NCBI GenBank assembly: GCA_040954595.2
Contig: CM082598.2
Location: 8,757,097 to 8,821,096 of the forward strand
DNA: 64,000 nt
Source: Balanoglossus misakiensis
Taxonomy: Eukaryota; Animalia; Hemichordata
Direction of reading: 5' to 3'
The notes beneath the pieces are model-generated. The model was not told the origin of the DNA. It was given only the letters and a program-made list of their open reading frames with translations, and did not search any database. Shown here piece by piece: positions 10,440 to 21,300 of this stretch. A program made the position numbers and the translations under genes. Each line of letters opens with the position of its first letter. Within the stretch, counting starts at the first letter, position 1.

Positions 10440-11567
10440 ATGCCCGATTTAACAGTAATGAAAAAAGTCCATAGAATCTTATTGATCAAACGTTTGTTAA
10501 ATGTGGAAGTTAAACACCCATGGAAATATTTTGTCCTTAAGAATCTTGAGCTAATCGGAGGCAATCTTTTATTCAACTGTAATTTTTGTACAAATTTTTT
10601 GCCAGTACGTTTTTCCAGTTTTATGAAAGAATGTTTTGATATTTGGTCTGAAGTCAATCACATGTCAGACGAGGTCGACCAGTTAATATGGAATAATAGA
10701 AACATTCTGGTAGGAGGCCACTCTGTTTACTACAAAGACCTCTCTCGAGTAGGTATAAATTATGTTTCAGACTTGTTTATTGGTAATATGCGAGTCCCAT
10801 GGTCTGAACTACATCAGAGAGGTCTTAATTTAAATCATAAGTTGAAGTGGTTGGGTCTGACACTTTCAATTCCAGAGGTTCTCAAGAACCGGAATGTTTC
10901 TCAAACTTTAAACGATGTCTGTATTTCTGTAAATAACAACACTCTTATTTTGGAGTCATTGACAAAAAAATGTCTGAAGAAAAACATTATCGATTTAATT
11001 GTTGATGTACCGAAAAGTCAAGCAACTTTAGAAAAAGCCACAAATATGTTTGATTTAAAGTGGAAACAAATGTACGAGCTTATATATAAATTAGCTATTG
11101 ATAGTAAGTCCAGAGTATTCCATTTTAAGTTACTCCACAACATTCTTTATACAAACAAACAGTTGAATATGTTTAATCCACAGAAGTTTCCATCTCCATA
11201 TTGTACTTTGTGTAATACTGAAATAGAGTCTCTTGAACATTTGTTTTACTCATGTAAGTGCACCACCGACCTTTGGAGAAATTTACTTTTTATTTTTGGG
11301 GGACCACTTAAACTTAATTGTCCACCTTCGAAACTATGTATGATTTTTGGCGATCCCAAAGAGAAAATTATTGTTAATTTCATAGCTTTGCAAGTGCGCA
11401 TGTATATTTATAGATGTAAACTAGACAACATGTCTTTAGACATCACAAGCTTTATTATGCAGCTTAAAAATGTATATAAAACTGAAGAAAAAATTGCGAG
11501 AGCTAATGCCAAAATTGCTGCACACATTGGTAAATGGTCACCCCTAATACCTTATGTAACTGCTTGA
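10440..11567 (+). CDS. LINE ORF2, C-terminal part after the frameshift, including a CCHC zinc knuckle
   Basis: Continues the GG-LKMPD motif in a shifted frame. C-x2-C-x8-H-x4-C (CTLCNTEIESLEHLFYSC) is at 11202-11255. There are no internal stops, and deleting 2 G from the G9 run gives a single 1237-aa ORF2. Confidence 0.9.
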   Translation: MPDLTVMKKVHRILLIKRLLNVEVKHPWKYFVLKNLELIGGNLLFNCNFCTNFLPVRFSSFMKECFDIWSEVNHMSDEVDQLIWNNRNILVGGHSVYYKDLSRVGINYVSDLFIGNMRVPWSELHQRGLNLNHKLKWLGLTLSIPEVLKNRNVSQTLNDVCISVNNNTLILESLTKKCLKKNIIDLIVDVPKSQATLEKATNMFDLKWKQMYELIYKLAIDSKSRVFHFKLLHNILYTNKQLNMFNPQKFPSPYCTLCNTEIESLEHLFYSCKCTTDLWRNLLFIFGGPLKLNCPPSKLCMIFGDPKEKIIVNFIALQVRMYIYRCKLDNMSLDITSFIMQLKNVYKTEEKIARANAKIAAHIGKWSPLIPYVTA

Positions 11568-11670
11568 CCATATATTTGGAATTGGAAATGTGTAATTTTT
11601 TGTGTTTAATGTATTTGTTCACCGTTGTTGATCCCAATAAAAAAAAGTTAAAAAAAAAAAAAAAAAAAAA
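11568..11670 (+). terminator. LINE 3' UTR, polyadenylation signal AATAAA (11636-11641) and poly(A) tail (11650-11670, A21)
   Basis: A short T/G-rich UTR is followed by aataaaaaaaagtt and 21 A's that abut the TSD. Confidence 0.92.
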
Positions 11671-11679
11671 CTCACAGCC
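11668..11679 (+). repeat. Target-site duplication, 3' copy (AAACTCACAGCC)
   Basis: Identical to 6430-6441. Removing the element and one copy restores the monomer order seen uninterrupted at about 3120-3590 and 4120-4590. Confidence 0.93.
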
Positions 11680-12399
11680 CTTATTTCTCCCCTCCAAAGA
11701 ATGGCGGCAACAAATTTCTCTTCTCCCAAGGATGGCGACAATAAATTCTCTGCCATCGTTTCTCCCCTCCAGAGAATGGCGGCAACAAACTCTCAGCCCT
11801 TATTTCTCCCCTCCCAAAAATGGCGGCAACAAACTCTCAGCCCTTAATTCTCCCCTCCCAATAATGGCGATAACAAATTCTCTGCCATCATTTCTCCTCT
11901 CCCAAAGATGGCGACAATAAATTCTCTGCCATCGTTTCTCCACTCCAGAGAATGGCAGCAACAAACTCTCAGCCGTTATTTTTCCCCTCCCAAGAATGGC
12001 GGCAACAAACTCTCTGCCATCATTTCTCCCCTCCCAAGTATGGCGGCAATATATTCTCTGCCATCATTTCTCCCCTCCCAAGAATGGCGGCAACAAACTC
12101 TCAGCCGTTATTTCTCCCCTCCCAAGAATGGCGGCAACAAACTCTCAGCCGTTATTCTCCCCTACCAAGAATGGCGGCAACAAACTCTCAGCCCTTATTT
12201 CTCCCCTCCCAAGAATGGCGTCAATAAACTCTCAGCCCTTATTTCTCCCCTCCCAAGGATGGCGACAATAAATTCTCTGCCATCGATTCTCCCCTCCAGA
12301 GAATGGCGGCAACAAACTCTCAGGCCCTTATTTCTCCCCTCCCAAGGATGGCGACAATAAATTCTCTGCCATCGTTTCTCCCCTCCAGAGAATGGCGGC

Positions 12400-15300
12400 A
12401 ACAAACTATCAGCCATCATTTCTCCCCTCCCAAGGATGGCGGCAATAAATTCTCTGCCATCATTTCTCCCCTCTAAAGAATGGCGGCAACAAACTCTCAG
12501 CCATCGTTTCTCCCCTCCCAAGAATGGTGGCAACAAACTCTCTGCTATCATTTCTCCCCTCCCAATAATGGCGGCAACAAATCTTAGCCCCTATTTCTCC
12601 CCTCCCAACAATGGCGGCAACAAACTCTAAGCCCTTATTTCTCCCCTCCCAATAATGGCGGCAACAAAATATCAGCCCTTATTTCTCCCCTCCCAAGAAT
12701 GACGGCAACAAACTCTCAGCCCCTATTTCTCCCCTCCCAAGAATGGCGGCAACAAACTCTCAGCCATCGTTTCTCCCCTCCCAAGAATGGTGGCAACAAA
12801 CTCTCAGCCCTTATTTCTCCCCTCCCAATAATGGCGGCAACAAATTCCCTGCCATCATTTCTCCTCTCCCAAGGAAGGCGGCAACAAATTCTCAGCTATC
12901 ATTTCTCCCCTCCCAAGGATAGCGACAATAAATTTTCTGCCATCATTTCTCCTCTCCCAATAATGGCGGCAACAAACTCACAGCCCTTATTTCTCCCCTC
13001 TCAAAAATGGCGGCAACAAACTCTCAGCCATTATTTCTCCCCTCCAGAGAATGGCGGCAACAAACTCTCAGCCCTTATTTCTCCCCTCCCAAGGATGGCG
13101 ACATTAAATTCTCTGTCATCATTTCTCCCCTCCAAAGAATGGCGGCAACACATTCTCTGCCATCGTTTCTCCCCTCCAAAGAATGGCGGCAACAAACTCT
13201 CAGCCCTTATTTCTCCCCTCCCAAGGATGGCGACATTAAATTCTCCGTCATCATTTCTCCCCTCCAAAGAATGGCGGCAACAAATTCTCAGCCATCATTT
13301 CTCCCCTCCAAAGGATAGCGACAATAAATTCTCTGCCATCGTTTCTCCCCTCCCAATAATGGCGGCAACAAACTCTAAGCCCTTATTTCTCCCCTCCCAA
13401 TAATGGCGGCAACAAACTATGAGCCCTTATTTCTCCCCTCCCAAGAATGGCGGCAACAAACTCTCAGCCCCTATTTCCCCCCTCCCAAGAATGGCGGCAA
13501 CAAACTCTCAACCCTTATTTCTCCCCTCCCAATAATGGCGGCAACAAATTCTCTGCCATCATTTCTCCTCTCCCAAGCAAGGCGACAATAAATTCTCTGC
13601 CATCGTTTCTCCCCTCCAGAGAATGGCGGCAACAAACTCTCAGCCGTTATTTCTCCCCTCCCAAGAATGGCGGCAACAAACTCTCAGCCTTATTTCTCCC
13701 CTCCCAAGGATGGCGACATTAAATTCTCTGTCATCATTTCTCCCCTCCCAAGAATGGCGGCAACAAACTCTCAGCCTTATTTCTCCCCTCCCAAGGATGG
13801 CGACATTAAATTCTCTGTCATCATTTCTCCCCTCCAAAGAATGGCGGCAACAAATTCTCAGCCATCAGTTCTCCCCTCCCAAGGATAGCGACACTAAATT
13901 CTCTGTCATCATTTCTCCCCTCCAAAGAATGGCGGCAACAAACTCTCAGCCCTTATTTCTCCCCTCTCAAAAATGGCGGCAACAAACTCTCAGCCGTTAT
14001 TTCTCCCCTCCCAAGGATGGCGTCAACAAACTCTTAGCCCTAATTCCTCCCCTCCTAAGGATGGCGACAATAAACTCTCAGCCATCATTTCTCCCCTCCC
14101 AAGGATGGCGGCAACAAACTCTCAGCCCCTATTTCTCCCCTCCCAAGGATGGCGACATTAAATTCTCTGTCATCATTTCTCCCCTCCAAAGAATGGCGGC
14201 AACAAACTCTTAGCCCTAATTCCTCCCCTCCCAAGGATGGCGACAATAAACTCTCAGCCATCATTTCTCCCCTCCCAAGGATGGCGGCAACAAACTCTCA
14301 GCCCTTATTTCTCCCCTCCCAAGGATGGCGACATTAAATTCTCTGTCATCATTTCTCCCCTCCAAAGAATGGCGGCAACAAATTCTCAGCCATCATTTCT
14401 CCCCTCCCAAGGATAGCGACAATAAATTCTCTGCCATCGTTTCTCCCCTCCCAAGAATGGCGTCAACAAACTCTTAGCCCTAATTCCTCCCCTCCCATGG
14501 ATGGCGACAATAAACTCTCAGCCATCTTTTCTCCCCTCCCAAGGATGGCGGCAACAAACTCTCAGCCATCATTTCTCCCCTCCCAAGGATGGCGGCAACA
14601 AACTCTCAGCCATCATTTCTCCTCTCCCAAGGAAGGCGGCAACAAATTCTCAGCTATCATTTCTCCCCTCCCAAGGATAGCGACAATAAATTTTCTGCCA
14701 TCATTTCTCCTCTCCCAATAATGGCGGCAACAAACTCACAGCCCTTATTTCTCCCCTCTCAAAAATGGCGGCAACAAACTCTCAGCCATTATTTCTCCCC
14801 TCCAGAGAATGGCGGCAACAAACTCTCAGCCCTTATTTCTCCCCTCCCAAGGATGGCGACATTAAATTCTCTGTCATCATTTCTCCCCTCCAAAGAATGG
14901 CGGCAACACATTCTCTGCCATCGTTTCTCCCCTCCAAAGAATGGCGGCAACAAACTCTCAGCCCTTATTTCTCTCCTCCCAAGGATGGCGACATTAAATT
15001 CTCCGTCATCATTTCTCCCCTCCAAAGAATGGCGGCAACAAATTCTCAGCCATCATTTCTCCCCTCCAAAGGATAGCGACAATAAATTCTCTGCCATCGT
15101 TTCTCCCCTCCCAATAATGGCGGCAACAAACTCTAAGCCCTTATTTCTCCCCTCCCAATAATGGCGGCAACAAACTATGAGCCCTTATTTCTCCCCTCCC
15201 AAGAATGGCGGCAACAAACTCTCAGCCCCTATTTCCCCCCTCCCAAGAATGGCGGCAACAAACTCTCAACCCTTATTTCTCCCCTCCCAATAATGGCGGC

Positions 15301-18300
15301 AACAAATTCTCTGCCATCATTTCTCCTCTCCCAAGCAAGGCGACAATAAATTCTCTGCCATCGTTTCTCCCCTCCAGAGAATGGCGGCAACAAACTCTCA
15401 GCCGTTATTTCTCCCCTCCCAAGAATGGCGGCAACAAACTCTCAGCCTTATTTCTCCCCTCCCAAGGATGGCGACATTAAATTCTCTGTCATCATTTCTC
15501 CCCTCCCAAGAATGGCGGCAACAAACTCTTAGCCCTAATTCCTCCCCTCCCAAGGATGGCGACAATAAACTCTCAGCCATCATTTCTCCCCTCCAAAGAA
15601 TGGCGGCAACAAACTCTTAGCCCTAATTCCTCCCCTCCCAAGGATGGCGACAATAAACTCTCAGCCATCATTTCTCCCCTCCCAAGGATGGCGGCAACAA
15701 ACTCTCAGCCCTTATTTCTCCCCTCCCAAGGATGGCGACATTAAATTCTCTGTCATCATTTCTCCCCTCCCAACAATGGCGGCAACAAACTCTAAGCCCT
15801 TATTTCTCCCCTCCCAATAATGGCGGCAACAAAATATCAGCCCTTATTTCTCCCCTCCCAAGAATGACGGCAACAAACTCTCAGCCCCTATTTCTCCCCT
15901 CCCAAGAATGGCGGCAACAAACTCTCAGCCATCGTTTCTCCCCTCCCAAGAATGGTGGCAACAAACTCTCAGCCCTTATTTCTCCCCTCCCAATAATGGC
16001 GGCAACAAATTCCCTGCCATCATTTCTCCTCTCCCAAGGAAGGCGGCAACAAATTCTCAGCTATCATTTCTCCCCTCCCAAGGATAGCGACAATAAATTT
16101 TCTGCCATCATTTCTCCTCTCCCAATAATGGCGGCAACAAACTCACAGCCCTTATTTCTCCCCTCTCAAAAATGGCGGCAACAAACTCTCAGCCATTATT
16201 TCTCCCCTTCAGAGAATGGCGGCAACAAACTCTCAGCCCTTATTTCTCCCCTCCCAAGGATGGCGACATTAAATTCTCTGTCATCATTTCTCCCCTCCAA
16301 AGAATGGCGGCAACACATTCTCTGCCATCGTTTCTCCCCTCCAAAGAATGGCGGCAACAAACTCTCAGCCCTTATTTCTCCCCTCCCAAGGATGGCGACA
16401 TTAAATTCTCCGTCATCATTTCTCCCCTCCAAAGAATGGCGGCAACAAATTCTCAGCCATCATTTCTCCCCTCCAAAGGATAGCGACAATAAATTCTCTG
16501 CCATCGTTTCTCCCCTCCCAATAATGGCGGCAACAAACTCTAAGCCCTTATTTCTCCCCTCCCAATAATGGCGGCAACAAACTATGAGCCCTTATTTCTC
16601 CCCTCCCAAGAATGGCGGCAACAAACTCTCAGCCCCTATTTCCCCCCTCCCAAGAATGGCGGCAACAAACTCTCAACCCTTATTTCTCCCCTCCCAATAA
16701 TGGCGGCAACAAATTCTCTGCCATCATTTCTCCTCTCCCAAGCAAGGCGACAATAAATTCTCTGCCATCGTTTCTCCAATCCAGAGAATGGCGGCAACAA
16801 ACTCTCAGCCGTTATTTCTCCCCTCCCAAGAATGGCGGCAACAAACTCTCAGCCTTATTTCTCCCCTCCCAAGGATGGCGACATTAAATTCTCTGTCATC
16901 ATTTCTCCCCTCCCAAGAATGGCGGCAACAAACTCTCAGCCTTATTTCTCCCCTCCCAAGGATGGCGACATTAAATTCTCTGTCATCATTTCTCCCCTCC
17001 AAAGAATGGCGGCAACAAATTCTCAGCCATCAGTTCTCCCCTCCCAAGGATAGCGACACTAAATTCTCTGTCATCATTTCTCCCCTCCAAAGAATGGCGG
17101 CAACAAACTCTCAGCCCTTATTTCTCCCCTCTCAAAAATGGCGGCAACAAACTCTCAGCCGTTATTTCTCCCCTCCCAAGGATGGCGTCAACAAACTCTT
17201 AGCCCTAATTCCTCCCCTCCTAAGGATGGCGACAATAAACTCTCAGCCATCATTTCTCCCCTCCCAAGGATGGCGGCAACAAACTCTCAGCCCCTATTTC
17301 TCCCCTCCCAAGGATGGCGACATTAAATTCTCTGTCATCATTTCTCCCCTCCAAAGAATGGCGGCAACAAACTCTTAGCCCTAATTCCTCCCCTCCCAAG
17401 GATGGCGACAATAAACTCTCAGCCATCATTTCTCCCCTCCCAAGGATGGCGGCAACAAACTCTCAGCCCTTATTTCTCCCCTCCCAAGGATGGCGACATT
17501 AAATTCTCTGTCATCATTTCTCCCCTCCAAAGAATGGCGGCAACAAATTCTCAGCCATCATTTCTCCCCTCCCAAGGATAGCGACAATAAATTCTCTGCC
17601 ATCGTTTCTCCCCTCCCAAGAATGGCGTCAACAAACTCTTAGCCCTAATTCCTCCCCTCCCATGGATGGCGACAATAAACTCTCAGCCATCATTTCTCCC
17701 CTCCCAAGGATGGCGGCAACAAACTCTCAGCCATCATTTCTCCCCTCCCAAGGATGGCGGCAACAAACTCTCAGCCCTTATTTCTCCCCTCCCAAGGATG
17801 GCGACATTAAATTCTCTGTCATCATTTCTCCCCTCCCAAGGATGGCGGCAACAAACTCTCAGCCCTTATTTCTCCCCTCCCAAGGATGGCGACAATAAAC
17901 TCTCAGCCATCATTTCTCCCCTCCCAAGGATGGCGGCAACAAACTCTCAGCCATCATTTCTCCCCTCCCAAGGATGGCGGCAACAAACTCTCAGCCATCA
18001 TTTCTCCCCTCCCAAGGATGGCGGCAACAAACTCTTAGCCCTAATTCCTCCCCTCCCAAGGATGGCGACAATAAACTCTCAGCCATCATTTCTCCCCTCC
18101 CAAGGATGGCGACAATAAACTCTCAGCCATCATTTCTCCCCTCCCAAGGATGGCGGCAACAAACTCTCAGCCCTTATTTCTCCCCTCCCAAGGATGGCGA
18201 CATTAAATTCTCTGTCATCATTTCTCCCCTCCAAAGAATGGCGGCAACAAATTCTCAGCCATCATTTCTCCCCTCCCAAGGATAGCGACAATAAATTCTC

Positions 18301-21300
18301 TGCCATCGTTTCTCCCCTCCCAAGAATGGCGTCAACAAATTCTCAGCCATCAGTTCTCCCCTCCCAAGGATAGCGACAATAAATTCTCTGTCATCATTTC
18401 TCCCCTCCAAAGAATGGCGGCAACAAACTCTCAGCCCTTATTTCTCCCCTCCCAATAATGGCGGCAACAAACTCTCAGCCATCGTTTCTCCCCTCCCAAG
18501 AATGGTGGCAACAAACTCTCAGCCCTTATTTCTCCCCTCCCAATAATGGCGGCAACAAATTCCCTGCCATCATTTCTCCTCTCCCAAGGAAGGCGACAAA
18601 AAAATTCTCTGCCATCGTTTCTCCCCTCCCAATAATGGCGGCAACAAACTCACAGCCCTTATTTCTCCCCTCTCAAAAATGGCGGCAACAAACTCTCAGC
18701 CGTTATTTCTCCCCTCCAGAGAATGGCGGCAACAATTTCTCAGCCCTTATTTCTCCCCTCCCAAGGATGGCGACATTAAATTCTCTGTCATCATTTCTCC
18801 CCTCCAAAGAATGGCGGCAACGAATTCTCTGCCATCGTTTCTCCCCTCCAGAGAATGGCGGAAACAAACTCTCAGCCATCGTTTCTCCCCTCCCAAGAAT
18901 AGCGGCAACAAATTCTCAGCCGTTATTTCTCCCCTCCCAAGAATGGCGGCAACAAACTCTCAGCCTTATTTCTCCCCTCCCAAGGATAGCGACAATAAAT
19001 TCTCTGCCATCGTTTCTCCCCTCCCAATAATGGCGGCAACAAACTCTAAGCCCTTATTTCTCCCCTCCCAATAATGGCGGCAACAAACTATCAGCCCTTA
19101 TTTCTCCCCTCCCAAGAATGGCGGCAACAAACTCTCAGCCCCTATTTCTCCCCTCCAAAGAATGGCGGCAACAAACTCTCAGCCATCGTTTCTCCCCTCC
19201 CAAGAATGGCGGCAACAAACTCTCAACCCTTATTTCTCCCCTCCCAATAATGGCGGCAACAAATTCTCTGCCATCATTTCTCCTCTCCCAAGGAAGGCGA
19301 CAATAAATTCTCTGCCATCGTTTCTCCCCTCCAGAGAATGGCGGCCACAAACTCTCAGCCGTTATTTCTCCCCTCCCAAGAATGGCGGAAACAAACTCTC
19401 AGCCTTATTTCTCCCCTCCCAAGGATGGCGACATTAAATTCTCTGTCATCATTTCTCCCCTCCAAAGAATGGCGGCAACAAATTCTCAGCCATCAGTTCT
19501 CCCCTCCCAAGGATAGCGACACTAAATTCTCTGTCATCATTTCTCCCCTCCAAAGAATGGCGGCAACAAACTCTCAGCCCTTATTTCTCCCCTCTCAAAA
19601 ATGGCGGCAACAAATTCTCTGCTATCATTTCTCCCCTCCCAATAATGGCGGCAACAAACTCTAAGCCCTTATTTCTCCCCTCCCAATAATGGCGGCAACA
19701 AACTATCAGCCCTTATTTCTCCCCTTCCAAGAATGACGGCAACAAACTCTCAGCCCATATTTCTCCCCTCCCAAGAATGGCGGAAACAAACTCTCAGCCA
19801 TCGTTTCTCCCCTCCCAAGAATAGCGGCAACAAATTCTCAGCCGTTATTTCTCCCCTCCCAAGAATGGCGGCAACAAACTCTCAGCCTTATTTCTCCCCT
19901 CCCAAGGATGGCGACATTAAATTCTCTGTCATCATTTCTCCCCTCCAAAGAATGGCGGCAACAAACTCTCAGCCCTTATTTCTCCCCTCTCAAAAATGGC
20001 GGCAACAAACTCTCAGCCGTTATTTCTCCCCTCCCAAGGATGGCGACATTAAATTCTCTGTCATCATTTCTCCCCTCCAAAGAATGGCGGCAACAAACTC
20101 TCAGCCCTTATTTCTCCCCTCTCAAAAATGGCGGCAACAAACTCTCAGCCTTATTTCTCCCCTCCCAAGGATGGCGACATTAAATTCTCTGTCATCATTT
20201 CTCCCCTCCAAAGAATGGCGGCAACAAACTCTCAGCCCTTATTTCTCCCCTCTCAAAAATGGCGGCAACAAACTCTCAGCCCTTATTTCTCCCCTCCCAA
20301 GGATGGCGACAATAAGTTCTCTGTCATCGTTTCTCCTCTCCAGAGAATGGCGGCAACAAACTCTCAGCCCTTATTTCTCCCCTCCCAAGGATGGCGACAT
20401 TAAATTCTCAGCCATCATTTCTCCCCTCCCAAGGATAGCGACAATAAATTCTCTGCCATCGTTTCTCCCCTCCCAAGAATGGCGTCAACAAATTCTCAGC
20501 CATCAGTTCTCCCCTCCCAAGGATAGCGACAATAAATTCTCTGTCATCATTTCTCCCCTCAAAAGAATGGCGGCAACAAACTCTCAGCCCTTATTTCTCC
20601 CCTCCCAATAATGGCGGCAACAAACTCTCAGCCGTTATTTCTCCCCTCCCAAGAATGGCGGCAACAAACTCTCAGACGTTATTTCTCCCCTCCCAAGGAT
20701 GGCGACAATAAATTCTCTGCCATCGATTCTCCCCTCCAGAGAATGGCGGCAACAAACTCTCAGCCCTTATTTCTCCCCTCCCAAGGATAGCGATAATAAA
20801 TTCTCTGCCATCGTTTCTCCCCTCCCAATAATGGCGGCAACAAACTCTCAGCCCTTATTTCTCCTCTCCCAAGGATGGCGACAATATATTCTCAGCCGTT
20901 ATTTCTCCCCTCCCAAAGATGACGGCAATACATTCTCTGCCATCGTTTCTCCCCTCCCAAGAATGGCGTCACCAAACTCTCAGCCGTTATTTCTCCCCTC
21001 CCAAGAATGGCGGCAACAAACTCTCTGCTATCATTTCTCCCCTCCCAATAATGGCGGCAACAAATCTTAGCCCTTATTTCTCCCCTCCCAAGAATGGCGG
21101 CAACAAACTCTAAGCCCTTATTTCTCCCCTCCCAATAATGGCGGCAACAAAATATCAGCCATTATTTCTCCCCTCCCAAGAATGACGGCAACAAACTCTC
21201 AGCCCTTATTTCTCCTCTCCCAAGGATGGCGACAATATATTCTCAGCCGTTATTTCTCCCCTCCCAAAGATGACGGCAATACATTCTCTGCCATCGTTTC

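Larger units (their letters stand above)
6442..11670 (+). mobile_element. Apparently full-length non-LTR retrotransposon, L1 superfamily (Tx1-like), inserted in the satellite
   Basis: Layout is 5'UTR, ORF1, spacer, ORF2 (APE endonuclease, RT, CCHC), 3'UTR, AATAAA, poly(A), flanked by the direct repeat (AAA)CTCACAGCC. The Tx1 assignment rests on motif style only (KSPGNDGLTKEFY, NWRPISLMNVDMK, LTIIGKIQVIKSLAISKL, GGLKMPD), not on a phylogeny. Confidence 0.95.

Noticed and set aside
10440-11567. Independent third ORF
   Set aside because: It is the continuation of ORF2: the GG/LKMPD motif is split at the G9 run.
11503-11920. ORFs spanning the 3'UTR, poly(A) and satellite
   Set aside because: They are chimeric read-through of the junction, with poly-Lys or poly-Phe coming from the A tail.
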